In this document: positions 35,053 through 50,196 of the stretch, one piece after another
Layout: each line of letters starts with the position of its first letter
How positions within the stretch are numbered: position 1 is the stretch's first letter
Assembly (NCBI GenBank): GCA_963693365.1
Contig: CAVNZM010000003.1
Location: 15,297,143-15,361,142 of the forward strand
Length of the DNA: 64,000 nt
DNA from: Amoebidium appalachense
Taxonomy: Eukaryota; Protista; Ichthyosporea
Direction of reading: 5' to 3'
Notes under the pieces: model-generated
Database searches by the model: none
The model's input: the letters and a program-made list of their open reading frames with translations, nothing else
What the model was told of the DNA's origin: nothing
Made by a program: the position numbers and the translations under genes

Positions 35053-38000
35053 TTACCTTCAACCAGAATATACCTTTATCGTATTCGTTTGACCCCCGAG
35101 TCACGTAGGTTGATCTTGAAAAACTAGAAATCATAAGAGGAAAAAAGAAAAAAGGTTGGCCTTTTTTTGGGAGAAAGAAAAGTTTAAACCAGAACGTTAG
35201 GCAGCAGCTTATAGGCCGCAAGAAAAAGGCGGTTCCATTTTCTACTTGCACGACGGTAAACAACACCGACTGGGAATGTCCAAATGCCGTAAGAACGAAA
35301 ACTTAAAGGAAGAAGAATTTTTAGAAGTTGAAAGGAACGAACGTGTTAGTCATTAGACTGGTGTAAGCGCACCCGTAGCCCCAGTATTCTTTTGTGCACA
35401 TATATGACGGGTCACATCGATGTTATTGTATAGGTTTAAGTATAGAAAGCCGACCGGGTCAGCTCAACAGTAAAATTACTTGTAACTCAACTTTTCTTCT
35501 CATGGAATCAAGCGTCCCGCAGACTGGTGAGCCGAGACCGAAGTTTGGGTGGAGGGGCCGAGTTCGATTCTTCTTTCTGTTTTTGCAGCTTTTGCTGGTG
35601 CTGCCCGATTCTTCTTGCTTTGTCTTTCTTCATACTCGATATGGTACTCTGCTGATTCAGTTGCATCTTCACGGGGGCATGTGCTGTTTATCAACGACGT
35701 ATGTATGAGCTGTGATCCGGTGTTGGCACCAAGGCCAACAGTATTTCCACCCAACAAGATGTGTAGAACATGACTTCACATGATACACATTATACAAATT
35801 ATATGCGGAGATATAACTTACACAAGATAGACCTCTTTCACGTGTTTTTTTTTTTAAGCCGTCTGTAGCTAGTTCTCCCTCTCTAAAAATCCTTGCTTAC
35901 CGACCAGGTCGTACTGCACTATTCTACTTCCCTGTCTGTGTGCAAAGTTTATGGAACATACGTGTTCCATATTCAAGGGTTGGGTGTGTTGTAACGTTGT
36001 GGCTAGAACATCCACTTCATTTATACAATATAAACGTTTACATAATTTTTTTTTTTGTTGCTGCTTCCTGTGTTGTCTTGTTTGGCACTAATATTAATAC
36101 TTTGTTTTTAAAGATGGGACTCAATCTTTTGGGGCTCCGCCAACGGGCTATAAACCATACATGCTGCATGTAGCGCTTGGCATGTCATCATTTTCTCATC
36201 GGAGCACGTGTGACTTGGTGCCTGTGCACATATCCAGACATAGTATGAAAAAGAAAGACTCGCCGGAATCACCATGGGAGGACTTCGCGCCGTGCACATG
36301 CTGATTAGCGTGACACCTCTACCGTATAGCATGGTTATTCACTTTATTCGCACACATATTATGTTTGTTTGTGTAGTCACCATGTGTGCACGGCTGCGTG
36401 TACATATCATGATGCATACGCACTGCGCAAGGCGGCCAATTTGGAACTCGGGGCAGATGTATATGTACACACACAACAGTCTGAGCTATCATGAGTATAG
36501 TAATAGCCAAAATCATCGGACCCCCTTTGTGTTCGATTCAACGAATCCTGATGTACTAGAACTTCACGTACTAATAATATCTATGCACATGCTTGTGCGC
36601 AGGTCACCCGTCATGAATCCCATGATCGGTGTGTGTGTGTACTGGGTTTGCTAGGGCGTGCGTAAGTGCGCGCTCAGCGCAAGTACGTTTGTGTGTGCGT
36701 GTCTGTGTCCTAAGCGCATTTTGTTGAGTGCAAAATGCATCTGTTCGTGTCACAGTGCACGGGGGTGATGGGCATAAACCGTATGAAGCGCGGTGTGAAC
36801 AGACGTACGTACGTATTGCACCTGTGGTCTTTTTGTGCCTTCCGTTGGCCAATAACACCTATCACCGCTTAGAATCACTTATGAACCGTGCGTACATATA
36901 CATGGGTCAACGTTCTGTTGCGTTTAACACAGTGCACGGGCTGACGGGAGCAAACATGCACTGGTACAACAGCTTTTATTTTTGCTTCAAAGAGAAAGCG
37001 GGGAGTCTTCGAGACCGCCAGCTAAATATTTAAAAAAAGTAGCACATCCTGACAGAGCCCTCTTGCAGCTGATTGTATCAAAAATCGGCTTCGGCTGTAA
37101 CTTCCTATTCCATTCAGCACGCACAGATCTCTGAGAGTAATCTTATTATTATTATTATTTAGTTTTTGGTAGAAGTGCTAGAGGTGTGTTCAACTTCGCT
37201 TACACTATCACCACTGTGACCTCAGCTCTTCAGAGGCGAACATCGAATGTGTGCGCGACCGTCTGCGAGTCACTGAGTGCGGGGGCATCCCCACTAAATG
37301 TGACTTCACTATGGCTCATGTTTACGGTATCCGATTGGCTCGGAGCGCACCATTCCCTTTGTTACCCAATCAAATCGCTTCGCCTTAGGTGACGTCACTG
37401 AAATATTCGGGGCATTCTCCGGGCATTACTGAGTCCGCTTGCCGTCCCGTAGAGAAAGGGTTGAATTCTCAGGCGGAAACACTTAGTTTTCCAGTTCGCT
37501 GATGTTGTGAAGCATAAGCTATAATATATGGTTGGGTTTTATGTGGACGCTATCACCTCAGTATGCTGTAGAGCTCTGCTTACACTGTCGTGGAGCTTTC
37601 TTTGGTACTGTTAAAAGTTGCTTTAGGCCTGCGAACAGATATTGCAAACTTTGAAACACTTTGGTTGGAACTAGTCCTTACGAGGTCACGCTGGGCTTCA
37701 GTTGCAAGAACGATGATGGAAACTGGACGTACGGACGCACTTTTCGGTTATGGCCACGTGTATTGGGGCTAATTAGAAATCTTTTTCTCAGTGCACAAAA
37801 GTGCTAAGGGCACGCCCTATGAAAGAGAACATCGCAGGTTGCATTCACTCAGGACGGCGGGGAAATTATTCTCAGGGGCTAGGGTTCAATGAGACATCTA
37901 AGAACGCGTTCCCGGTCCTGCCTTTTCTTTCTTCTGACCCATACAGGTTTAGAAATATTCATGTTCTTTCCTTCGTTTTCATTTTCTAAAACTCCGGCGT

Positions 38001-38073
38001 GCTAAGTTTGGCACAGCGCATACTGCAAGCGAGTTAATCTCATGTTGTCTAAACACGCTTCGTCGCAACAACC

Positions 38074-38935
38074 ATGGCAACCTGCGCGTGCCTGCTTCTC
38101 TTTGCTTCTACCGTGTTCCACCTCCTTCCACACGCACTTTCACAGTCGGCCGTTATCGATGCAGTTGCGTACGACTCAAAGGGTGTCGCTGTAGGCCCAC
38201 CCGTTCGTGCGGTTGGCATGTACGCGCTCTTTGTCGACCCAAGGATTGAAAAATCTTTCACCAAAATGACAATATGTGCAACTGTGCCATATGATGCGTG
38301 CACCAACGTTACTACGGGGCAAAACGTAACGGGGACATGGGCAGCTTTAATCACACGTGGGAATAATTGTTCGTTCATGGAAAAGTCTAGAAACGCCCAA
38401 GCGGCAGGCGCTTCGGCGGTACTTATTGCTAATAATGTCGACTCGGACGAGGTGGTGATGATGTCTTCGGTTGATGGAGTCATATCTCTGCCTGTCATTT
38501 CTATTGATTTTAGGTCGGGAGCGCGTCTTTTCCAACTACAATCTCTTTTCATCAGGAGTGTAATTACTGTGATCGCACAGAACGACCGCCCGAACGTTCC
38601 ACTCGGATACACAGTCTCTTCATTTCTTCAGTTTTTCCTCCCTTCGCTTTTGGCGGCGGTTTTGATTGTATTTGTTGTGTTTTTGGGTGTTGCATGTTAC
38701 AAGAGAAGGGCGGGAATTGCTATTGCACGTGTGCCGCCACCACCAACATCATCATCGGGGGAGGAGGAGAGGAGAAAGGCACGGCAGGTGGCTGTGGATA
38801 AGTTGCCTGTGGTGGCGTACATGAAACCTACGCCAGAGTCGGACCCAGAAAGTATGTGTGTGGGGTATTGTTTTGGTGTTTGGTTTGCCTTTGAGTCAAG
38901 GAAAAGGGAGGTTTTCAATTCTTTTCTCCTTCTTT

Positions 38936-38973
<38 letters not shown>

Positions 38974-39325
38974 GGGGGGGGGGGGGGGGGGAAGGAGGAG
39001 GCCAAGTTGGTTTGCGCGGGGAGGGGGGGTTGTGGGGGGGGGGGGGGGGGGGGCAGCTCTAGACTGGGAAACTTTTTTTTTGTTTGTTTGTTTGTTGTTG
39101 TTGTTGTTTGTTGTTTTTTTCTTTTTTTTCTTTTTTTTTTTTTGTGGGTGTGTGTGTGGGGGGGGGGGGGGGGGGGGGAGGGGGGAGGGGGAGGGAGGTG
39201 GTGTGGAAAGAGTAAGGGACGGGGAAGTGGTGGGAGGGGCGGCGTGGGGGAGTTGTGTAGTGTAGGAAGGGGAGGGGATAATTGGTTGGGAAGGGAAGGA
39301 AGGGGAGGGGGGAGGGGAGGGATTG

Positions 39326-39378
<53 letters not shown>

Positions 39379-40071
39379 CATGCCTTTGCCCATTTATGTG
39401 CGTCCTTTCGGGTGCATGTGCTTTCAATAGACTGCATGCCGCGGCTGTTTTCCTTCCCTCTTGTGTGAGTGCACCCGTGCCGGTTCTTTGATGAGTCGAG
39501 GCGGGAGGGGGAGGAGGAGGAGGGGGGGGGGACACACATGTCTTGAGAGTTTTTCCCCCTGATCGTAGCTTATATATGATTCATGTTTTATTATAACAAT
39601 TCAACGTGGTGCTTGGTTGAGTGTGTTTGCTTTGATTTTTGTTTGCACTCGCGGCCGGCCTGCGCATGCGCACGTGTGTGTGTTACACGCCTCTCCTGTG
39701 GCTGTGTGTGTTGCCTCTGCGCTGTTTAACAAACCACGTGCGTTTGTGTGCAAGTTACCGCGTGCACACGTGCATTTGTATGCATTTCATACCATACACA
39801 AATGGTGCACCGCTTTCGTTTCTGTTTGTGCATTTGCCTGGATTTTCTTCACTTTTCTTTGTGTGTTACAGCAGAAAACTGTAACGCACAGATTTTTTTT
39901 CTTTTCCTTGTGGCTGCTTTCTATGAAACCATCTAAGTTGCGGTTGTTATCCCATCATCCCCCCCCCCCCCCCCTCCCCCCCCCCCCCCCCCCCCCCCCG
40001 CCCCCACTTCCCCCTCCCCATCCCTCTTTGACGATGAATGGGTCGACCTAAAACCCTGTTTTTTTTTCCTT

Positions 40072-40102
<31 letters not shown>

Positions 40103-40420
40103 TTTTTTTCTTTTGTGTATGTGTGTGAAAATTTCTCTGCACGCATGATTGCTTGATTTGATTGAAATTTTGGTATTTGTGTGTTTTAGCAGACCTTGTA
40201 AGTCAGGCATGGCAGCCAACATCATATGTATCATTTAGGATATCGGTGATTTGTGGACTTCTTAATTCGTGTTTTGGAATTTGTAGCTGACCACTCCCCC
40301 CCCCCCCCCCCCCCCCCCCAGACACACACACACACACGCAAACACGTATACACATAACATATGTTCACGCACAACGATGCACACGCACCACAAACACACA
40401 TGTACACACACATGCGCGTG

Positions 40421-40493
<73 letters not shown>

Positions 40494-40746
40494 GCACAAA
40501 CTACGCTCCTCCCCCCACCCCCCCGTTCCCCCCCCACACACACACATACACACGCACATACAGACACTGCGATCGTGTTCTGCAGTGGGTGTGCAGTGTG
40601 TCTTGAAGATTACACGGACGGTGTGCCTGTGTGTATGCTCCCCTGCAGACACACATATCACGTGCTGTGTATACGCACGTGGTTGGTGGACAAAGGCACA
40701 TGCCCATACTGCAAGCAGGATGTGCTGGGGGGTAGTGCGGATCCAA

Positions 40747-40794
<48 letters not shown>

Positions 40795-40836
40795 GTGTGC
40801 GTGCGTGCGTGCGTGTGCGTGTGCGTGCGTGCGTGC

Positions 40837-40892
<56 letters not shown>

Positions 40893-41179
40893 GTCTGTCC
40901 CCCTCTTCCCCCCCCCCCCCCCCCCCGGCCCTCTCATTCGCTTTCCCCGTGTCGCTCCTTTCGGTCATCTCACTCTCTTTATGTGGCATCCACGCATACA
41001 TCCGAGTACACACAACGACACACACAGGGAGAGAGGGAGAGAGACAGGTGACCAGTCAAGCGTGCGCACTCGGTCACTCCAGGCGCACACAGGCACATGC
41101 ATGCAGGGGCATACACACATCTACACGTACATGCACGCTTACACAAACACGGTTGCGCGTGCGCGCGAGCATACATAGT

Positions 41180-41222
<43 letters not shown>

Positions 41223-41230
41223 CACACACA

Positions 41231-41265
<35 letters not shown>

Positions 41266-41278
41266 CAGGTGCATTCTC

Positions 41279-41309
<31 letters not shown>

Positions 41310-41559
41310 CCCTCTTGCATCATTTCTGAAGCGACTAATATTACCCCCCCCCCCCCCCCCCCTTTCCGGCACCCTTCCTCCCCCTTAAAATACCCGCAGC
41401 TCTTCTTTCCTCCCTCACATGCTTGTATGTCACTCTAAACACTTTGTCATCGTGTGTACATTTTGTTGTCAGATGCGCAAGTGATGCCTATGTGGAGGGT
41501 TAGCTAGGGAGGTGGTGGAGAATGGCAGACGGCTAGGTATAGAATGTGCCTGTGTACTT

Positions 41560-41594
<35 letters not shown>

Positions 41595-42063
41595 CCCTCA
41601 TTAATCCGAGTATTGGAGATGGTGGGTAAGGATACGAAAGACTTAACGGAGAAGAAACACGTAGAACACATTGCCCTTCCCTCCCTCCCTGCCCCACCCC
41701 CCCCCCCCCCCCCCCACCTTCCCTTTGTTGGATGACTTACATTTTTTGTGCGCCTGGATCCTCCTCATCCCCCCCCCCCCCCCCCCCCTCCCCCCATCGC
41801 CCCCTCCTCCCTCCCTCCCTCCCATCCACCACATCCATATCCCCCCCCCCACCCACCCACAGATACCCGCAGGCAGGGAAGTGGGGAGGGTCATATTAGC
41901 AATCGACACGGATGGCCCCCCTCTACCCCCAGACACCTCCACTGCACATTCTCAAATTCCAGTGGTGGCTATTCCCCCCCAACAATCTTCAACGCAACAC
42001 TCGCAATTGGGTGGAAATAGGTCGGAGGATATGCCTCCTAGGGCGTATAGTGTTGCCGTGTAG
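38074..42063 (+). CDS. PA-TM-RING-H2 E3 ubiquitin ligase (RNF13/RNF167/Goliath family)
   Basis: Exons 38074-38851, 40564-40748, 41863-42063. Signal peptide, PA domain (AALITRGNNCSFMEKSRNAQAAGASAVLIANN), TM helix and RING-H2 (CAVCLEDY..LPCRHTYHVLCIRTWL..CPYCK). Confidence 0.9.
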
Positions 42064-42278
42064 AGCTGTGATTTTTGGCCAATGGAACGCTAGTTAGCGA
42101 AAAGAGTTAATTGAATGTACCCGGTGCCTAAATTTAGGGAACGATGATGCCTTTGGGCGAAAGTGAACTTGGATCTTCGATTTGTAGGTGTTAGACCTTA
42201 GAACAACGTGTGTTGATTTGATAGCCCTGTAATCTTCCGTTAGACCCCCTCTCCCCTCTGCCCACATTACACCGTGTG

Positions 42279-42390
<112 letters not shown>

Positions 42391-42425
42391 CGCGTGCGCG
42401 TGTGCGTGTGCGTGTGCGTGCGTGT

Positions 42426-42463
<38 letters not shown>

Positions 42464-43666
42464 ATATGATATGTTTTTAGTTAGGAGTGGTGTACCATAT
42501 TTGGTATCGGTTAATATTTGCTTTTGAATCCATTTGGGATGAGACACGTTATATATAGTAGATTTAATGTGCAGTACCTTTTGAAACTAGATTTGTGTTA
42601 CGTATACTGGGTGGGTTGCCATGCATGTACATATGTTGCTATGGATTCATAATCATTCTAAATTAGTCAATATTTATTTATCTTCACCCATATTCCTTGT
42701 TATATATATGCCTACTTTTTTTTTTTGATCAGCAATAAATGCTGTTTCGTGCAAAAAAAAAAAGGTCATAACCGATGATGTGGGGAATATGGAAATTCTT
42801 TTGTGTCTCATGTTCACACGGTGCCCCCAAACCTTACTAAGGGGGCCGTGCACATATAAATATGCATGAGTTTGAGGGGCGTGTGCATGATCATAATACT
42901 TCGCGGTACAGCCAATCCATTTAAGGTACCTTAATTTGTGTGCTCGCAATCATTTTACCATAGAGGTCATATGCAAGAGACTCGTCACGTGTATGCTTCA
43001 CGTGATGCATATGATTGCCCAATCATTGTCAGCACATCCAATTAAAGGTTGTTTCTTTTGGGTTTCCGGGTCGGGTCAGAGGGGTTTCTATTTATACGAT
43101 TGGCGTGCTGCGCGTCACGATGTGTCACGATGTGTAGACGTTTTGCCGGCACGCACGCGGCCGTGCAGCAAGGCACAGATATGCCATGATGCAACAACAA
43201 AATTTGAAAGAGAAAAAGAAAAAGACAGGAAAATGGAAAGAAGGTATAACCAGCGTTAGAAAGAAGTTTCAATCCATTTTTTGATTTATATGTTGATCAT
43301 GAGCGATTGGTTGACCCGGATGTGCTGGAATGTGGCCAATTCCTTGGCCTAAAAGAAACCCCAAATCTGTGTGCATATTCACCGGGCCTTGATAACAGAT
43401 ATTTGTGCTTTCATGAATATATCTTCGAGAAAGCAAAGCACGAATCGCATTTATTTCACGTGAATGTTGCGCAAGAAGTGTTTGCCATCAGTCTGCACGT
43501 GGTTCATATGTCACATACATAGCCCATACACGCTCTTGCGCAGCAAAACATTTATACTGCAACCACCAATCAAAAACCCCGGTTAAATTAATGTTGCCAA
43601 TGATACGTTCTAATATTCAATACTTTGGTACACATGTGTTTACAGCATTTGTGAGGCTCGGCAAAC

Positions 43667-43772
43667 TTTTGCAAGCATGTATATATACCCTTTTTGCAAG
43701 CATGTATATACACCCTTTTTGCAAGCATGTATATATACCCTTTTTGCAAGCATGTATATATACCCTTTTTGC
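43667..43772. repeat. 25-bp minisatellite, 4 copies
   Basis: Unit GCAAGCATGTATATATACCCTTTTT. Confidence 0.9.
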
Positions 43773-44182
43773 TTTTTAAGGAGTTGGTGTGTACATCAAA
43801 TACCAAGTGGGTTTTGGGATTTTGATAATAGCCACCCACACTACCCTCGAGTTCATGCAATAACACTTCATCACACCTCCTCTAGATTGGAAGTTATGCT
43901 GTGTGTGTGGGGCACAAAAATGCTTAAACCATCAGTCTGAGAGTAAATGAAGCTTAAAAAAGAAAACGGGTTGTCTGGATATCTCGTATCAGGGTTACTC
44001 AGAGTGTCACACACGCACACAAACAAGCAAGCACGCACGAACCACGCGCGCACACACACACACACACACGCACGCACGCACGCTTGCACACACGCACACA
44101 CACACACACACGCACACCGGCTCCTGAACACAATCCCGAGCTAAACATACCCACACAAACCCATCCATATGACACGTGACCT

Positions 44183-45050
44183 CTAGCCAATGACCAGCCA
44201 CCCATCCTCCACCGTGAACCTTCTGGGCAGAGCCAGCACCACCATCCCCATGGCGACCACCCAACCGTACGGCACATGCCACAGCATCACCATAGCAACA
44301 CCAACCAGAAACGACACCAACAACGTCTGCTGGCACAACGCTACGCTGACGACACCCGACCTCCAACGCACCCCACCGATTGGCTCCAAGTCACGCTCCT
44401 CTTTTGGCCGTTCATTTTGCACCCCGGGTTGATTCCCGTTTTGGTTGTTTTCCGTTTTCTGCGCCAGTTCAAGATTGCGGTATTTTTCCAACTCTTGCCC
44501 CAGCATTTCCACCGCTTCGCACATTTCTTCTAATTCGTGAGCCAAAAAAGTGTTTTCCGCTTTTGTCTCTGCTGCGTTCCGCGAAAGTCTCTTGCAATCC
44601 TTGGCTTTCTTTTTCAAATTTTGCTCCAACTCCCGAATATATTTCGAAACCCTGTTCGCCATGTTCTCCTCTTCGTCTTCAACATCTTCCCAATCCCCCT
44701 TCTCCGTTCCAATTTTCCCGTTTTCCGATTCTCCCTCCTCCTCCCCCTCCGCCTCCTCCCCACCCTTTCGCCTTTTCTTCTTTCCGCCGTTTTTCACTTT
44801 CTGCATCTTGAAAATCCCATCTGGAAATTTGAACGTAGGAGGGGGTTTACACGTGTGTTTTGGTGCGTCGAGGGGTGCCATTGTTTCGGAACAGTGCAAA
44901 CACACAAGAACTGTAAGTCTGCACCCGTGCGATTGGTGGCGGGCCAGCTCCCCTTTGGGCATATGCAACCCACAGTCACATGTGGTCATCTCCTGCCCAC
45001 ACCCGAACTTGTGCACTGTACGTGTGTGTGTGTGTGTGTGTGGAGGGGAA

Positions 45051-45095
<45 letters not shown>

Positions 45096-45161
45096 GGAGG
45101 AAGGTAGTGTGTGCTATACTGAACAAGCTTACGATATTCACTGGGAGAATGTGTGTGGGTT

Positions 45162-45202
<41 letters not shown>

Positions 45203-45837
45203 AAAGGGTTGGAGATAGGGTGTGCAAGAGTACGAGTGTTACTGCGAATGATGATCTTGGTGTGAGTGTCACTCTTCTTCTCTTTCCCCCTCCCCCCCTC
45301 CCCCCCCCCCCCCAAACTCCCCCATATACCCCCCCCCCCCCTCTTCCCCCTCCCCCCCCCCCTTCCCCCTTTCCCCCCACTCCCCGGCACTCCTGTCCCT
45401 CTCTCTCTCTCGCTCTCCCCCCCCCCCCCCCTCTCTCCCCCTCTGTGTGTGTGTGTGTGCGTGTGCGTGTGCACCTCTGTGTGTGTGTGTGTGTATGTGT
45501 GTGCCTGGGTGTGTGTGTGTGAATCTGGTCGTGTGTGTGTGCGTGGGTGTGTGCATGTGTGTGTGTATGACTTCCGAACCAGAGCAAGTAATGTGTTCTT
45601 ATATGTTATGTGTGTGTCTTTGTGTTTTGGGCAACCGTATGACCATAAACGAAGTAATGGAAAATATAGGGGGGGTGCGTGGGTGGGTGGGGGGAGGGGG
45701 GGGAGCGTGGGGGCCACACAGGGGAGGGGGGGGGGGGGGGGGGGTGAATGCGGGAGGGAGGGAGGCACACAACAAGCTGGAGCCGGGCAAGGAAGTTTGT
45801 TGGTGTGCCGAGAGGGGAAGGAGAGGTGTGTGTGTGT

Positions 45838-45879
<42 letters not shown>

Positions 45880-45985
45880 CGGAGGCGGGGAGTAGAGGGG
45901 GAAGGCCTTAAACTAGATCGAAAAGAAAATATCCGGGAAGCAATACATGTAGCTGTGCACAAGCCAGCAAACACACAGGATGATG

Positions 45986-46026
<41 letters not shown>

Positions 46027-47106
46027 AGTGTGTGCGTTTGTGTTTTGGGGGGGGGGGGGGGGGGAGGAGACGGGAAGAGGGAGGAGGACTGGGGGGAGGG
46101 GGAGGAGGAGGGGATGAGGAGGAGGCGGAGAATATGTATGTGATGGCGAGAGAAGAGGGATTGAGACAAGAGAGGCTACGAGAGCAAAAGGGTGTGAGGT
46201 GGTTTTCGGGGTGCAACACAACGTGCAATCACACACAGAAACACATGCCGCACCGGGCCAAGGATGAAGCAAGTGTGTATGTGGGTGTGGGTGTGTAGGT
46301 GTGTTTGTGTTTGTGCGTTTGTTTGTGTTTGTGTGTGTGTCTGTGTCTTTGTGTGTGTGTGTGTGCTTGTGTGTGTATGTGTGTGTGCTTGTGTGTGTGT
46401 ATGTGTGTGTGTGTATGTATGCAAGTGTGTGACTATGTTCGTGTGCGCGAATGGAGTGCGTGTGTGCGAGTGATTGCATGTGGTTGTGCGCGAGCGTGAT
46501 TATGGGTGCGTACAAACTTGCACGCGTGTGTGTGTGTGCGTGTGCACGTGCGTCTGTGTGCATGCAGGTGTGTGTGTTGGACATGATGTTCGGGGGGGTT
46601 TAGCTACCTTCCAAGTTCTGCGCCGGAAACTTCTGCCAACACAACCTGCATGTTTCGACCCGCTGGGGGCACAGGTCATTCTCGTGGTCCTCGACATCAA
46701 GCCATGTCCCGTAAAACTTTCTGCAAAGCTCACAACGAGTCCACTTGTGCCCACAATCCTCCTCATGCCCCATGATTTCATCTTGGCGACACACTTCAGA
46801 GCACCCAAATGGTGTATATATGCACTTGACTTCCAACGCGTTGTACGCTACGAGGAACGAGAAACTTGGGAGCTTCATTCTAGCCGATATCTGGTTGTTG
46901 TCTAGAGGGCATTTTGGAGTAGGTGATGTTTCGAGCCATCGCTTCAGGCATTCTCGACAAAACACGTGATTACACGTGGTAGCTACCGGGTCAAAGAGAA
47001 TTTCGTAGCAAATAGCACATGTGAATGGTTCAAGTGCATCATCATCTGCAAGGTGTACGCGTCTGCCTTTCTTGCAGGTGAGGGGGTGGGGGGCTTCTTC
47101 GGGCAT
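44183..47106 (-). CDS. RING-HC plus TRAF-type zinc finger protein with coiled coil and C-terminal hydrophobic helices
   Basis: Exons 47106-46608 and 45015-44183 join in phase. RING: CAICYEILFDPVATTCNHVFCRECLKRWL..CPLD. VKCIYTPFGC..HEEDC and further Cys/His fingers follow, then a K/E-rich coil and two hydrophobic stretches. Confidence 0.85.
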
Positions 47107-49232
47107 TCTTCTAGATGATGTTGAGGCGGGGGGTGGGGAGCCGTAGGAAACCCAAACTATTATGTTTGGAGGTGTATAAAGCTAACAAAAAACACGGTGA
47201 CAAAGCTAGTGACAGCTGTAAGCCTCTTCACGAGAGGGAGAGGGTAATGATGCTACCGAAATCGGAGAGTATTACCTACAATGGGACTCTTACTTGTAAA
47301 CATGCCTTTCTGAGCTCTGCTGTGACGCTGACGCGCCATTCGACACTGCACAGAATATAACACGGCTCAGGGCCATGACGTCACTTCGAAGGCGAATTGA
47401 CAAGCTACATAGCTGTTTTCTTTTTCTATTTCCCCATGCACTGGCATGGACTCAACACGCAGAGAAAAATGCAGCAGTCCACCCGGCCCCGGTAGATATT
47501 TGCACACGCTGTGTACACACGTTCGGCCAATATTCATGTATGCATGTGGCCCCGTGGTCACACCAAGCTAACCTATAAGTTTTGTGGGCCTGCTTATACC
47601 GGCAGACACTGGCAGGGGGGAGGGACGGGAGGGGGAGGGGCAGCGGAGGGTGGTCAGGAATGCTACCGGGCTGTAAGGGGGCAACCGGAATGCAACAACG
47701 AAGCCTTTTTTTTGAGTGCCAAAAAAAGGAAAGAGTGCAGGCATTATGGTTGCAGATCATTCAGACCTAGGAAAGCTGCAGTATTGAGAGAGAGCGAGAG
47801 AAGGGAGGGGGCAGATGTGGGGCAAGAAGCCTAGCCAAAACGAAAAAATCCCCCCCCACAAACGCTTCCCGCAAACACTGGCACAACGCCTGGTGAACCC
47901 ATGTATTAATAAAGTATGTAATCTGATTAGCACGAGAACACTCCTGTCCATCTGTGCTGTTGCAACCCACTAGCTATAGTAGCCGCGTTGCGAGCCCGTC
48001 TGCCATCAATGCACAACTACACCATGCTGACTGGGAATTAGAGCTGTAGAAGTATGTTTGTGGCGCTTATATCGTGTGTGTGTGTGCGCGTGTGTGTGTG
48101 CGTGTGCGTGTGTATGGCTGGTGCGTATCTTTTGAAAACCTCTGCCTTGTCACTTGTTTTGCCATACCTGCGATGCAGTTGGGTCATTGTTTTCAAGCCT
48201 TTGTTTTAAGCAAACTAAACAAGCATGTGATGCTGTACTCCTACCCATAGGTAGCACGGAGGTTGTCCGGAACGAGTTATTATCGGTATGTAGAATGCAG
48301 GGAGATAAGGGTGTTAGTAACAACAGATCTGGAATGCGAGAAACAAGAATTGCCAAAATGAATGGGGAGATCGAGAAGGATCTTGGCCCCCATAAGGCGT
48401 ACGAACGAGCACAGTTGAGCAGATCACTTTATATTCTTGAAGGTCAAGAAAGTCAAAACGTACTCTATAATTAGTAAAGCCACTCTTTATTACAAGAACG
48501 CGCAATCCAGAATTCGGAGTGGAGTTCGGCCATTATCTATGTACAACTGTACAACTGACTTGCAACTTGGAAAACACACACCACTGAACCTGGATCTCTC
48601 TCCCTCTTCCATTCTTTCTCTCTCTCTTCCTTCATCTCTCCATATTTCCCAGATACATCTCTCCCCCGCTCTCTCTCTCTCTCTCTTTTCCTTTCTCTCT
48701 CTCCCCTTGATCTCTCCTCCGATCCATCTCTCTCCCTCCACCCTCCCTCTCTCTCTTTTCACGGATAAACTGATGTTGGAATTATGTCATTCGTGAAACG
48801 AGAAACACCGTGCCAGAGATGGAGCGGTCTAGTGACCCCGTGCATCGAAAGAGCGCTTTGATTGGACAGCTTCAAGACCATTCTACCATCTGATTGGTGG
48901 AAATCGCCAACACGCTTCAAAAGGGCGGTGAAATCTGCTTGCTTGTTTGTGCGGCGATCGCACGTTAAAAGCTTTTTAAAGTATTTTAAAAAACACTTTT
49001 GGTGTTGTTATAAAGGTTGGGGGTCTGTTATCATGGCAATACATAGCCGCACAATAGTACCTGCAGTCTACGTGATTATATTTGCTTAAATAAACCTTGA
49101 ATAGGAAATAAAGAGACAAGTGTTTGCTTGTTCTCAAATGAGTGAAGATTCATGTATTTTTTTTTGCCCAAAGGCACACGAAACACACTCTAGAACAGGC
49201 ATAATAACGCCAGTATATTTAAATCTCTCAGA

Positions 49233-50156
49233 ATGCCGTTTGGCGCGCACTTACTTGACAATGCGCCCGCTGAGTGGCGATACAACTATGTCGATTATGG
49301 CACTATAAAGCAGTATCTGAAGGAGCATGGGGCATCTTGGAACTCGGCAAAGGAGGCGAGGTTTGCGGTTATGCTCGAGGATGAGCTCAAAAAGGTGCGT
49401 GCGTGCGTGCGTGCGTGCGTGTGTGCGTGCGTGCGTGCGTGCGTGCGTGCGTGTGTGTGTGTGTGTGTGTGATGTGAATGAAGGTGAGAGGCATTCTGGT
49501 TTTGTTTGTGCAGAAGGGAAGGGGATTTGTGTACGTTGTTTCGTGTTCCTGTTCTGTGGACATACATCTGTGCGTGGGAGGATGTCGGTGGAAGGGGAGG
49601 GGGAGGATGGAGAAGGGGAGGAGGTTTAGTGATCTGTGTGTGTGTGCATGTTTTTCCTTTGTTTGCCTGCGCAGTTACGTGTGGATGTGTGTGTGTTTGT
49701 TTGCGTGTGTGTTTGTGTGTGTGTGTGTGGGCGCACGTGTGTGCACAGGTATGTATGCTGTCTGTATGCCTCTACATTCTGGTACACTCTTGTGTTTGAC
49801 ATAAGCTCTGTATGTGATTATTCAAGTCCATAAGGCAGAAATCCTGTTAGGACGTAGATGTATCATTGTTGTACATCTCAAGATTCTCCCCCCTTCCCCT
49901 CCCCCTTCCCCCCCCCCCCCCCCCTCTCTTTCTGATCTCCCCGAGCTCTACACCTACCTACATGCACCTGCCTTCAAGCCCACGCAGGCGCAAGCATGCA
50001 CGGCCACATTGGGATGGGCTTATCCGCTTACAACACAGACACGTTCATGCACAAAAGGCCTTTTACCTGCACCGCACACAAAGGTTAATCTTTGAAGGTC
50101 TATCTACATGTGTGTTAGCTGTATTTTGTGTACCACACTCCAAGCGTCCCTTCTCG

Positions 50157-50196
<40 letters not shown>

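Noticed and set aside
35500-35757. Minus-strand ORF with a charged, protein-like stretch
   Set aside because: No ATG start, no recognisable domain and no linked exons.
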